Shown: piece after piece, positions 51,587 to 60,869 of the stretch | Layout: every line of letters begins with the position of its first letter | Numbering within the stretch: position 1 is the first letter of the stretch | From: an uncultured bacterium | GTDB lineage: Bacteria; Krumholzibacteriota; Krumholzibacteriia; LZORAL124-64-63 | Reading direction: 5' to 3' | Length of the DNA stretch: 64,000 bases | NCBI GenBank assembly: GCA_963727525.1 | Contig: CAVSGO010000007.1 | Span: 1,696,001 to 1,760,000 of the forward strand | Notes under the pieces: model-generated | Told to the model about the DNA's origin: nothing | What the model saw: the letters and a program-made list of their open reading frames with translations, nothing else | Database searches by the model: none | Position numbers and translations under genes: made by a program

Positions 51587-53028
51587 CAGGCGTCCCCGCG
51601 CGCCACGAGTGCCCGCACTGCGTTCTGCTTCTGGAAGATGTTGGTGAGCTGAACCGCCCGCTCCTCCATCTCGCCCACGATGTGATCCACGCGCCGCGAC
51701 AGGAACGTGTGCAGTAGTAGGATTGGGATCGACACTGCCAGACCCAGCTCGGTGGTCACGAGCGCCTCGCTGATGCCACCGGACATGAGCTTGGGATCAC
51801 CGGTACCGTAGAGCGTGATCACGTGGAACGTGGAGATCATGCCTGTCACGGTGCCGAGCAAACCCAGGAGTGGTGCCACGGCGCCGAGCACCGCCAGCAC
51901 GGCCATCCCCCGCTCCACGCGCGGCAGTTCGTGCAAGATCGACTCCTGCAGCACGCTCTCCTGGGTTTCACGATCCTCGTGACGCACGGCGAGTCCGGCC
52001 GACAGCACCTGGACCACCGGCGAACGCTTGCCGCGCGCGATGAGATCCTCAGCGGCTTTCCAGTCGTGGCTCTCGGCCAGCTCCGTCATCTTCCCCATGA
52101 GGCGGGTGGTGTTGAGCTGCACCGAGCTGAGGTCGACGACCTTGTAGATGACGATGATTAGCGCCAGCAACGCCAGGCCTAGGATCGGCCACACGATCGG
52201 TCCGCCGGAGCGCAGATGATCGGTGAGAGACTGGGCATGGCTCACCTGGCGCAGGGCCGTACCCGCGGAAATGTCCACCGGCACGCGGGCCGACTCGCCG
52301 CGGAAGTAGTGCTCGAGGTCGCTCTCCACACCCCCGCCGGGTAGCGTGGAGAGCGCCACGAACTGCTGGGTCTCCGGGGCATAGTCGAGGAACCCGGTCT
52401 CATGCGGCGTCTTGTAGGCCGCGGTGAACTTGCCCAACGTCAGGACCTTGCCCTCCTCGGGCTGCCCGTCGCGCCCGATGAACGTGCCGCGAACGAGGCG
52501 CACCTGGCCCCCGCGTACGATCTCGTCGAAGAGCACCCGCGTGAGGCCGGAGATGTCGTCGATGTCGGGGAAGTACCCGGGCTCCACCAGCTTCGACACC
52601 GCCGAAAGGCGGTCGGGGCGATCGGCCGAGAGCGGCGACTCGTGCACCAGCGTCTCCACGTCCTTCGCCGCGAGCCGCACGTTGCCCGAGATCTCCTTGA
52701 ATTGCAGCTCGCTGCCGGCCCAGCGATCGGCCAGCTTCTCGCGCTGAGCATCCTGCGTGTCGATGTGTGTCTGGACTACGGCGAGTTGCTTCTCCAGTTC
52801 CGCCTGCTGGGCCTCCAGCCGCTCCACCTCGGCCATGAGCTTGGCGCGATCGGCGAAGATCTGCTGCTCGGTCTCGTGCGCCAGGGCCGCCTCGCGCTCG
52901 CGCGCGGCCTCGGCCTTCTGCATGGCCTGGCGGGAGTCCTGGGCGTGCGCGCCGCCGGCGGCAGCGATCATGGCCAGCACGGCCAGTCCAATCACGAGGA
53001 ATCGTGCGATCACGATGCGGTCCTTCAT
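51586..53028 (-). CDS. Large ExbB-like protein with periplasmic coiled-coil N-terminus (TtpC-like)
   Basis: Signal peptide, coiled coil, APLLGLLGTVTGMISTF, GDPKLMSGGISEALVTT. Confidence 0.88.
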   Translation of the reverse strand: MKDRIVIARFLVIGLAVLAMIAAAGGAHAQDSRQAMQKAEAAREREAALAHETEQQIFADRAKLMAEVERLEAQQAELEKQLAVVQTHIDTQDAQREKLADRWAGSELQFKEISGNVRLAAKDVETLVHESPLSADRPDRLSAVSKLVEPGYFPDIDDISGLTRVLFDEIVRGGQVRLVRGTFIGRDGQPEEGKVLTLGKFTAAYKTPHETGFLDYAPETQQFVALSTLPGGGVESDLEHYFRGESARVPVDISAGTALRQVSHAQSLTDHLRSGGPIVWPILGLALLALIIVIYKVVDLSSVQLNTTRLMGKMTELAESHDWKAAEDLIARGKRSPVVQVLSAGLAVRHEDRETQESVLQESILHELPRVERGMAVLAVLGAVAPLLGLLGTVTGMISTFHVITLYGTGDPKLMSGGISEALVTTELGLAVSIPILLLHTFLSRRVDHIVGEMEERAVQLTNIFQKQNAVRALVARGDA

Positions 53029-53783
53029 GGCTGGATCCTCCCCAGCGGCAACGATGTCAACTCGACCAGGCGCAACCGCGAGGCCATCTCCATCACGCGC
53101 CCCACCGAGCGGCGGTCGCCGCCGGGCAAGTCGGACCACTGCGAGCGGGCCGGATCCCAGGTGCCCACGCGCGCGCCGTCGGGGGTGCGCCAGAACAACG
53201 CGAGACGCCCGATCCGCAACATGTCGACGAAGGTCTGCTCGCCGTCGAGGTTGATCGACTCCTGCGTCACCTCCACGGAACTGCCGTACTGGGCCTCCGC
53301 GAGCAACGCCTCGAGCAGTTGCCGCAGCTTCTCGGCCGACGGCACGTCGGGTTTCACCAGCTCCGTCCGCATCGACGCGAGCCGCCGCGTGCGCTCCTCG
53401 GGCAGGAAGGGCAGATCGTTCTGCACGCTGCTCTCGAGATGATGGAACACCGCCACCAGCGTGTCCTCGATGACGGTCTGGAGGCGGCCCGACTCGTCGA
53501 GTCGCCGTTGCAGTTCGGCCACGCGGACGTCGAGCGCCGTCGCGCGCTCCTGCTCCACCGCGATGCGGTCCTGCAGGTAGGCGATGTTCGCCCTGGCCAC
53601 GCGGTAGCGATTCTCGAGGCTCCCCTGCTCGGCGGCCCAGGCGTCGGCCTTCTCCTGCGTGGTCTTCGCTGTATCGACCGCCTCCGTCACCGCGCCCTCG
53701 AGCTGCTGCGCGGTCTGGGCGTGGAGCGCGCCCGCAGCGAGCAGGAGGTACGCCGCCACCGCCGTGGATGTCCATCTGCGCAT
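53025..53783 (-). CDS. DUF3450-family periplasmic coiled-coil protein
   Basis: DLPFLPEER..R, AEKLR.LLEA...EAQYG, LRIGRLAL; ATG after AAAGGA. Confidence 0.85.
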   Translation of the reverse strand: MRRWTSTAVAAYLLLAAGALHAQTAQQLEGAVTEAVDTAKTTQEKADAWAAEQGSLENRYRVARANIAYLQDRIAVEQERATALDVRVAELQRRLDESGRLQTVIEDTLVAVFHHLESSVQNDLPFLPEERTRRLASMRTELVKPDVPSAEKLRQLLEALLAEAQYGSSVEVTQESINLDGEQTFVDMLRIGRLALFWRTPDGARVGTWDPARSQWSDLPGGDRRSVGRVMEMASRLRLVELTSLPLGRIQP

Positions 53784-53840
53784 CGGCCTGTCCTTTCGCA
53801 TACTGCCTTCGTTCGTCGCACTCGATCGACGACGCTCCAG

Positions 53841-53895
53841 AAGCTACTGGACGCCGGTCAAAGCGCCGTGAAATCCAGGTCAAGATTCTGTAAAA
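53841..53895 (-). promoter_or_regulatory. Promoter with four 11-bp-phased repeats (Pho-box-like) and -10 TAGCTT
   Basis: Plus strand GTCAAA/GTGAAA/GTCAAG/GTAAAA at 53857, 53868, 53879, 53890; minus-strand TAGCTT 10 nt after the last repeat. Confidence 0.7.
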
Positions 53896-53923
53896 GCGGC
53901 CCCGCACCGGAGTGCGGGACCGC
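53892..53923 (-). terminator. Intrinsic terminator after the secreted protein gene
   Basis: Minus strand GCGGTCCCGCAC-TCCG-GTGCGGGGCCGC-TTTT. Confidence 0.8.
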
Positions 53924-53945
53924 CTCTTTCTCGCGAAACGTGAGA

Positions 53946-55622
53946 TCACTTCACGAGCTGCATCTTCTGCACGGCGCTGAAGCCGTTGCCGTCGAGGCGC
54001 GCGAAGTAAGTACCGCTGGCCAGGTCGTTGCCAGCGAACTGCACCGCGAAGCGGCCAGCCTGCATATCGGCGTCATGCAGGTTGGCGACCATGCGGCCAC
54101 GCACGTCGAACACCTTCACGCTCACGTGGCCGGACTTCGGTACGTTGAACGAGATGGTGGTCGATGGGTTGAACGGGTTCGGGTAGCTGGCGATGCTCGC
54201 CACCGGCGCCGGCACGCCACCCAGATCCTCGACACCGACGATGTAGCTGGTGTTCTGCGGATCGAAGTTGGTCCAGCCGGCCGTCCACTGCTCGCTCATG
54301 GGCAGGGCCGGATCGAAGGCGCCGCGGTAGCTGACGACATCGAAGCCCGCCAGGTAGCTGTCGCTGAAGTCGGCCGTGCCGTCGAGCTCGCTGCCGACCA
54401 TGGGCACGGGGTTGGGATTGTTCAGGTCGCTCATGTCGGTAAGGCCCACACTGCTCGGGTTGCGCGGCGCGCTGCCCAGGTTGTCGTAGGCCGCGGTGTC
54501 GAACCAGCTGCAGACGTCGGCCCAGCGGGAGGTCTCGTGCACGCAGCCCGCCGTGTCGCCGTCCCAGGTGCAGGTGATGCTGACGTTCTTCACGCGCAGG
54601 ATGTCGTTCTGGCAGTCGGCGATCGTGTTGGCGTCACGTACGCTGAAGCCACGCGGGTAGCCGGCGAGCACGCTGTTGAAGATGCTCGTGCGCGTCGAGC
54701 GACGCAGCAGCGCGCAGTTGCGGAACTTGTTGGTCGGGGGCAGGGTGCCCACCATCGCGTCGGTGCGCTCCGGACCGACCAGGGTCACGTTGCTGAAGAT
54801 CGGGAACGTCCGGGGCTCGGCCGTGGTGCCGGAGCCGTCGTTGTCGGACTCGAAACCGTTCGACTCGCCCTGCGCATCCCAGGTGGTCTCGTCGCGCAGA
54901 CCGAAGCAGTACTGCAGGTGGCCCTGGAAACCGAAGTCGGTGTCGAACTCATCGTCGGTGCCGCCGAAAGCCACGAGGTGGTGCGGGTTCACTGTGCCGC
55001 CGAACCACTCGTAGCTGTCGTCGAAGGAGTAGCTCACCTGGATGTGGTGCACCTCGGTACCGGCGCCGACGCCACCTGACGTCAGACCGTTGATCTCGTT
55101 ATTGAGCTGATAGCGGTAGCCGCAATACTCGATCCGGACGTAGCGCAGGATGCCCGAGCTATCGTTGGGATCGTTGCCGCCGAAGGTACCGGAGATGATG
55201 CCACCCTCGATGAGCGGATCCACCTGGTTCACCGGTGCGCGCCCCAGCAGCACGATGCCGCCCCAGTCGCCATGGGCACGCTCGCCGGCTGGCTTCATCG
55301 ATGTGAAGACGATCGGCTCATTGGCGGTGCCGGTCGCCATGATCTTGCCACCCGGCTGGATGATCAGCGTGGCCACGGTGTCGGCCTGCACGACGCAGCC
55401 CTGCGGAATGGTGATGGTGTAGCCGTCGGTAACGTAGTAGAGGCCGGTCAGGGTGTAGAGGGTGTCCGGGCTGAGCGTCCGGTCCCAGTTCTGAAAGAAC
55501 TCGGTGCGTCCGGAATTCAGCCCTGGGCCGAGTGTCGCCTCGCCGAGATAGAAACCGTTCGACGCCTGGGCAACACCGGCGAGTGCCAGCAGAGCCCACA
55601 GCAAGGCCATTGACTTCTTCAT
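53946..55622 (-). CDS. Secreted acidic beta-helix-like protein with T9SS/FlgD-Ig-like C-terminal domain
   Basis: Signal peptide; GDWGGIVLLG, SSGILRYVRIEY.G, NEINGLT.GGVG.GT, DDSYEWFGG, NGFESDN; C-terminal YPNPFNPSTTI...VFDVRGR.V...LASGTYF. Confidence 0.82.
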   Translation of the reverse strand: MKKSMALLWALLALAGVAQASNGFYLGEATLGPGLNSGRTEFFQNWDRTLSPDTLYTLTGLYYVTDGYTITIPQGCVVQADTVATLIIQPGGKIMATGTANEPIVFTSMKPAGERAHGDWGGIVLLGRAPVNQVDPLIEGGIISGTFGGNDPNDSSGILRYVRIEYCGYRYQLNNEINGLTSGGVGAGTEVHHIQVSYSFDDSYEWFGGTVNPHHLVAFGGTDDEFDTDFGFQGHLQYCFGLRDETTWDAQGESNGFESDNDGSGTTAEPRTFPIFSNVTLVGPERTDAMVGTLPPTNKFRNCALLRRSTRTSIFNSVLAGYPRGFSVRDANTIADCQNDILRVKNVSITCTWDGDTAGCVHETSRWADVCSWFDTAAYDNLGSAPRNPSSVGLTDMSDLNNPNPVPMVGSELDGTADFSDSYLAGFDVVSYRGAFDPALPMSEQWTAGWTNFDPQNTSYIVGVEDLGGVPAPVASIASYPNPFNPSTTISFNVPKSGHVSVKVFDVRGRMVANLHDADMQAGRFAVQFAGNDLASGTYFARLDGNGFSAVQKMQLVK

Positions 55623-55897
55623 GAAACGAATCCTCCTCGATGAACCCATGATGCGTGCGCTTCCCTGCGGGACAGTTGTCAAGTGATGGGTCTCTCGCGT
55701 GGGAAGGAATGCTCGTGATGGACCACGTGCTCGCCAGGCGCCGGTGATTGGATCCGCCAGGCGGGGCGCGGCAACGCCGCGCCCCGCGGCCAGCGTCAGC
55801 CGGACAGGGGCAGTCAGGTCACTGGGAGCAACGATCCAAGTCGCGTGAATGGTTGCCCGTGCCGGGTACTGCCGCATGTCCAGCCAGGACGAACCGC

Positions 55898-55952
55898 AGT
55901 ATAGGCGGGTCACGTTTCCAGGAGGTTAGGACGCGGTTATTAAGACGTGAGG
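55898..55952 (-). promoter_or_regulatory. Promoter with four 11-bp-phased repeats and -10 TATACT
   Basis: Plus strand GTTT/GTTA/GTTA/GTGA at 55914, 55925, 55936, 55947; minus-strand TATACT 10 nt after the last repeat. Confidence 0.6.
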
Positions 55953-55960
55953 AAGGCGCG

Positions 55961-58708
55961 TCAGAACGCAGCCGAAAGGGACGCCGAGTACGCCGTGCCC
56001 TGGCCCTCGCGCGAGTACTCGTTGCGCTCGGGACCGCTCGTGGTGATGTGGTCGTGCCCCTGGATGTCCTTCACGGCGAGCTTGAGCTTGAGCGCAGCGC
56101 CGATCCGCTGGGTCAGGGCCACGTCGACGAGGTCGCGCGGCTGGTCGTAGACGTCGGTGTCGCGCGTGTCGCCCACGGTGGCCAGGCGCCGTCCGATCTT
56201 GTTGTACAGGATCGCAATCGACGTACCCAGGGCCGGCTGCTCCCACGTGAACGACAGGTTGATCGACCACGGCGACTGCCCCTGCAGCGGGCGGGTATCG
56301 GTATACGGCACCGGAACGATGGTTCCGCCGTCGAGCGTGTCGCTGCGTGCCGCCTGGTACTCCACCTCCGACCACACGCGCGTGTAGTTGCCCGCCACGG
56401 TGATGTCGCCGAATTCGCCGTCCCAGAATCGGAACTGCTTGCGCGCCTCCAGCTCGAAGCCGTCGTTGCGCCCCTTGTCGGAATTGAACCAGGTCAACAC
56501 GTTGCGCTCGGGCGACGGACGCAGGCGCTCCTCCACGGCGTCGCGCAGATCCTTGGTGAAGTAGCTGACGGCCAGCACCTCGCCGTACTGCGGGAAGTAC
56601 TCGAGGCGGACGTCCCAATTCTCGATGCGGGCGCGCTTGAGGTCGGGATTGCCGATCACGTTCTGAAAACGGTTGAAATCGTAGTAGCGCACGGCCGACA
56701 TCTCGCGAAACTCGGGCCGGTTCACCGAACGATAGTAGCCCAGACGCAGGTTCACGTGCTCGTCGTAGAGATAGGTGAAATTCACCGACGGCAGCGTGTC
56801 CTTGGTCTCGATCTTCGACGTCACCACCGTGCCCACGTCCTGCGCCACCACGGCGTCGACGGCCTGCGACGAGTCCTCCACGCGCACGCCGCCCGCGATA
56901 CGGAACTCCTCCTGATGCACGGAGAAGGGCAAGTCGAGCATGGCGTAGTAGGCGTTGATGAAGTGGGTGCCCGTGTAGGTGCCCGAGAACGCCGTCACCG
57001 GGATGAATCCCCAGCCGCGGTCGGCACCCCACAGGCTGTCCGGGAAGATCTCCGCCGGGGGCAGCCACGCCGGCGACCACGCGTAGTCCAGGGGCGTGGC
57101 CGCCCAGGCCTCGAGATCGAAAGAACGGCGCCGCGAGCTCAAGCTCGTGCCCACCTTGATATTCGAACGCACATCCTCATCGCCGAACGGTACCGTCACG
57201 TCCACGTCGACGCCGCGGCGGAACTCCTCGAGCCACGACCACGACCGCAGGTTGTCGTTCATGATCGGAATTTCCGGATCGTCGGCATTGTACTCGATAA
57301 ACTTCAGGTCCGGTTCCTTGGCGCTGTTCTCGTTGTAGTACAGGCTCCATTTCAGCTCGAGACCATGCCACCGGGGAAAGCGGTCGGTGCCGGTGAGCTG
57401 CGTGAGTTCGAGGTCGCGTTCCTGCCACTTCGTGGACTCGTGGATCCAGTTCTTCGAGGAGTCGCGCCCCTTGGCCTGCACGACCTCGTCGGACCCGCTG
57501 CGACTGTAGTTGTTCTTCAGTCCCATGCGGTGATTCTCGTCGAATCTCCAGTTGAGATTGAAGAGGCCGCCCCAGAGCACGGACGTCTTCGACCGGCGGC
57601 CCGCGCCGCGTTCGTCGGTCGGATAAGTGCGCGTCTCGGCATAGGGCCCGCTGGCGTAGTTATTGCGATAGGTGAGAGCGGCCAGCACGCCCAGTTCGTC
57701 ACCGAGCACGTTGAACCTGTTGCCATGCGAGATATTGAACGAGTACCTGGACGGTGCGTTGCGCGAGCGGGTACCCCAGTTGTTCGGCAGCGAGCGCGCC
57801 AGGGCGAGGCGTTCGTCACGCGTCACGTGCGGCTCACCGCGCGGGTAGTCGCGGGTTCCGTCGTCGATCGCGAGCCAGTCGGTGTGACCGCGCCCGGCCA
57901 TCTGCAGCAGCTCGTCGCCCGTCACGCCTTCCGTGCGTCCCACCGACACGCCCACGTTCGTCGTCGCGTGGTCGGGAAATTCCAGCGTGTTCACGCGCAC
58001 GAGGCCGCCGCTGAAATCGCCCGGCATGTCGGGCGTGGCGGTCTTGATGACCACGGTATTGGCCAGCAGGTTGGCCGGCACCAGGTCGAAGGCGAAGCTT
58101 TTGCGGTCGCGATCGGTGTTGGCGCTGGTCACCGGCACGCCGTTGAGTTCGGTGGTATTGTAGCGATCGGTGACGCCACGTACAAAGACGTACTGCCCCT
58201 CGACCACCGTCAGACCGGTCACCCGCTTGAGGGCGTCGCCGCTGGTGGCATCGGGGGAACGGGAGATCTGCGCCGCGCTGATGGCGTCGCCCACCACGGC
58301 CGCCTGCTTGCGGTCGGCCAAGATGGCGCTCTCGGTGGTGAGGATACGGGAGGCGGACACCACCACGTCGTCCGTCGCGTACGCGCCGAAGGAGGAAAGC
58401 TTCACCGGGACGCTGGCGGCCTTGTCGGCTGTCACCTGGATGTCCGTGAGAACCTGTGTATTGTAGCCGAGATAGGCGATGCGCAGGTGATACTTGCCCA
58501 CGGCCACGTCTTCGAAGGTGTAGACGCCGTCGAGGTCGGTCTGGGTGGCACGTCCGGTGCCGATGAGCACCACGTCGACGGCGATGAGTTCGTCGCCCGT
58601 GTCGGCATCGGTGATCTTGCCGGTGACGGTGCCGGTCTGGGCCAGCGCCGCGGCCGTGGTTGTGAGCAACCACGCGGCTGCGAGGATGGACGCGAGCCGA
58701 CTCGTCAT
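55961..58708 (-). CDS. TonB-dependent receptor with N-terminal CarboxypepD_reg-like domain
   Basis: GTVTGKITDADTG...TDLDG.Y; plug VFVRG..DRYN...LNG; SVNRPEFRE, GNPDLK, RPLQGQSPW; terminal Phe. Confidence 0.93.
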   Translation of the reverse strand: MTSRLASILAAAWLLTTTAAALAQTGTVTGKITDADTGDELIAVDVVLIGTGRATQTDLDGVYTFEDVAVGKYHLRIAYLGYNTQVLTDIQVTADKAASVPVKLSSFGAYATDDVVVSASRILTTESAILADRKQAAVVGDAISAAQISRSPDATSGDALKRVTGLTVVEGQYVFVRGVTDRYNTTELNGVPVTSANTDRDRKSFAFDLVPANLLANTVVIKTATPDMPGDFSGGLVRVNTLEFPDHATTNVGVSVGRTEGVTGDELLQMAGRGHTDWLAIDDGTRDYPRGEPHVTRDERLALARSLPNNWGTRSRNAPSRYSFNISHGNRFNVLGDELGVLAALTYRNNYASGPYAETRTYPTDERGAGRRSKTSVLWGGLFNLNWRFDENHRMGLKNNYSRSGSDEVVQAKGRDSSKNWIHESTKWQERDLELTQLTGTDRFPRWHGLELKWSLYYNENSAKEPDLKFIEYNADDPEIPIMNDNLRSWSWLEEFRRGVDVDVTVPFGDEDVRSNIKVGTSLSSRRRSFDLEAWAATPLDYAWSPAWLPPAEIFPDSLWGADRGWGFIPVTAFSGTYTGTHFINAYYAMLDLPFSVHQEEFRIAGGVRVEDSSQAVDAVVAQDVGTVVTSKIETKDTLPSVNFTYLYDEHVNLRLGYYRSVNRPEFREMSAVRYYDFNRFQNVIGNPDLKRARIENWDVRLEYFPQYGEVLAVSYFTKDLRDAVEERLRPSPERNVLTWFNSDKGRNDGFELEARKQFRFWDGEFGDITVAGNYTRVWSEVEYQAARSDTLDGGTIVPVPYTDTRPLQGQSPWSINLSFTWEQPALGTSIAILYNKIGRRLATVGDTRDTDVYDQPRDLVDVALTQRIGAALKLKLAVKDIQGHDHITTSGPERNEYSREGQGTAYSASLSAAF

Positions 58709-58775
58709 GCAGGAGCCTCCGGGCATGGATGCCTTGCGCAGCGATTCCCCGGGCCGACGCGGACCCGGAACGCGC

Positions 58776-58830
58776 ACACTAGCCGGCTCATGTCAAAGGT
58801 CGGTTACGGTTCTTTGACGATTGTGTCAAA
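58776..58830 (-). promoter_or_regulatory. Promoter with four 11-bp-phased repeats and -10 TAGTGT
   Basis: Plus strand GTCA/GTTA/TTGA/GTCA at 58792, 58803, 58814, 58825; minus-strand TAGTGT 10 nt after the last repeat. Confidence 0.65.
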
Positions 58831-58870
58831 ACGCGATCGGGCGCTGCCGCGATCGCGCCAAGGAGACTCG

Positions 58871-59995
58871 ATGCCACCGATCTATCTCGACACCAACGCC
58901 ACCACGCCCCTCGACCCGCGGGTGGCCGACGCGATGCGCCCCCACCTGAGCGAGATCTTCGGCAACCCGAGCAGTACGCACGCCTTCGGTGCGGCGGCGC
59001 GCGCGGCCGTCGACCGTGCCCGCGACCAGGTGGCCGCACTGCTCGGCGCAGCGCCCGACGAGATCGTCTTCACCAGCGGTGGCAGCGAGGCCAACAACCA
59101 CGCCATCAAGGGCGCCGCCTGGGCGCGGCGCGACCGCGGCCGCCACCTCGTGATCTCCGCGGTCGAGCATCCCGCCGTGGCCGAGGTGGCCGCCTGGCTC
59201 GAGCAGGAGGGCTGGCGCGTCAGCCGCCTGCCGGTGGATGGCAAGGGACGGGTGGACCCTGCCGATCTGGCGGGTGTCATCGACCACACCACCGTGCTCG
59301 TGAGCGTGATGCACGCCAACAACGAGGTGGGCACGCTGCAACCCATCCGCGAGCTGGCCGCCATCGCGCATGACCATGGGGCGTGGCTGCACACCGATGC
59401 CGCGCAGTCGGTGGGCAAGGTGCCGGTGAACGTGCACGATCTGGGCGTGGACCTGCTCACGGTGGCTGGCCACAAGCTGTACGCGCCCAAGGGCGTGGGT
59501 GCGCTCTTCGTGCGCCGCGGCCTCACGCTCACGCCGCTGATCCACGGCGCCGGCCACGAGGGCGGCCGCCGCGCGGGCACGGAGAACGTGCTCGCCGAGG
59601 TGGGCCTGGGCGAGGCCTGCGCCCTCGCGGCATCCGCGTTGCCGGCGACGACGGCGCGGCTCGCCGCCTTGCGCGATCGGCTACAGGCCGGACTCCTGGC
59701 CGCGTGTCCGCAGGCCGTCGTGCATGGTGATCCGGCGCACCGATTGCCCAACACGCTGAGCATCGCCTTTCCGGACAAGCGCGCCGACGTGATCCTCGCC
59801 GCCGTGAGCGACCGGGTGGCGGCCTCGGCGGGTTCGGCCTGTCACGAAGGGTGCGACGTCATCAGCGGGGTGCTCGCCGCCATGAGCGTGCCCCCGGCTC
59901 TCGCCAGGGGTACGTTGCGGCTCTCGGTGGGGCGCTTCACGACGGAGGCGGAGATCGACGCCGCCGTCGCCACCCTCGCGGGCGCCCTGGGCTAG
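58871..59995 (+). CDS. Cysteine desulfurase (IscS/NifS group I family)
   Basis: IYLDTNATTP, GNPSS.H, FTSGGSEANN, HTDAAQ, GHKLYAPKG, SAGSACH. Confidence 0.92.
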   Translation: MPPIYLDTNATTPLDPRVADAMRPHLSEIFGNPSSTHAFGAAARAAVDRARDQVAALLGAAPDEIVFTSGGSEANNHAIKGAAWARRDRGRHLVISAVEHPAVAEVAAWLEQEGWRVSRLPVDGKGRVDPADLAGVIDHTTVLVSVMHANNEVGTLQPIRELAAIAHDHGAWLHTDAAQSVGKVPVNVHDLGVDLLTVAGHKLYAPKGVGALFVRRGLTLTPLIHGAGHEGGRRAGTENVLAEVGLGEACALAASALPATTARLAALRDRLQAGLLAACPQAVVHGDPAHRLPNTLSIAFPDKRADVILAAVSDRVAASAGSACHEGCDVISGVLAAMSVPPALARGTLRLSVGRFTTEAEIDAAVATLAGALG

Positions 59996-60699
59996 AACCT
60001 GCCGAGAGACACACCGGCGCGCACGGCGATGTGATCCCAGTTGTACTTGGTGCCGCCCGACTCGGAGGGCAGGTTCTCGCTCTTCGTGCGGTTGAAGTCG
60101 TAGTAGCCGCCCAGCTCCACGGGCCCCAGGCGCAGCCCGCCGCCGGCCTCGAAGCCGATATTGTTCGACGACGTCTTGAAGTCCGCGAAGCCCGACAACT
60201 CGTCGCGATAGCGGTTGTGGTAGAGGCCAACCCCCGCGCTGAGGAATGCCTGGATCTGCGCGTCTGGCTCGCCGAAGAACCGTTGCAGATCGATCCCGTA
60301 GCGAAACGTCTGCGTGTCGATCTTGAATCCGTGCTCGGTGCCGTCGACGTCGGTGACTCCCTCGAAGTTGCCGAAGTTCGCGTAGTGGATGGCCGGGCTC
60401 ACGGCGGTGTGCGGATCGAGGTAGTAGCGATAGCGCACGCCGAACGCGTAACCCGTGTCCGCCCCGAGCCCCTTGTCGGTGCCGAAGAAGTCGTCGCCGA
60501 GATCACCTTCGGGGATCACGGCTCCGACCTCGCCCACGAACTCGTTGCGCAGGTCCCACGGCGTCGTGGACACGTATTGCCCGTGTCGATCGCGCTGGTA
60601 GGGTCGGGCCGCGCTGGCCTGACACGGCAGGCCGAGGTCGAGAAGTTGCAGCCCCAGGAGCACCATCAGGATCGCGAGAAGTCGTCCACCGGTTCGCAT
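59992..60699 (-). CDS. Outer membrane beta-barrel protein (8-stranded type)
   Basis: Signal peptide, alternating aromatic/Gly beta strands, terminal Phe. Confidence 0.72.
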   Translation of the reverse strand: MRTGGRLLAILMVLLGLQLLDLGLPCQASAARPYQRDRHGQYVSTTPWDLRNEFVGEVGAVIPEGDLGDDFFGTDKGLGADTGYAFGVRYRYYLDPHTAVSPAIHYANFGNFEGVTDVDGTEHGFKIDTQTFRYGIDLQRFFGEPDAQIQAFLSAGVGLYHNRYRDELSGFADFKTSSNNIGFEAGGGLRLGPVELGGYYDFNRTKSENLPSESGGTKYNWDHIAVRAGVSLGRF

Positions 60700-60788
60700 G
60701 ACTTGCCTCCTTGTCGGGTCCCGGCTGCGGCATGCATGCGCGGTGCCCATATCCGCTGGTTCTCTCTAACTTGCTCTCCACCCTAGCG

Positions 60789-60815
60789 TTATCGGCGCCA
60801 TCCGGCCACCCCTGG
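60789..60815 (-). promoter_or_regulatory. Possible sigma-28-like promoter for the beta-barrel gene
   Basis: Minus strand CCAGG-N14-GCCGATAA (perfect -10, imperfect -35). Confidence 0.5.
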
Positions 60816-60869
60816 GCCGTGGCCGCAGTGTCCCGTCCGGGACAGCGGTGTCCTGCAAAGGAGACGCCG

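Noticed and set aside
55748-59995. 1415-aa ORF suggesting a giant cysteine desulfurase fusion
   Set aside because: Only 58871-59995 is desulfurase (own AAGGAG RBS and ATG); the rest is antisense to the TonB receptor.
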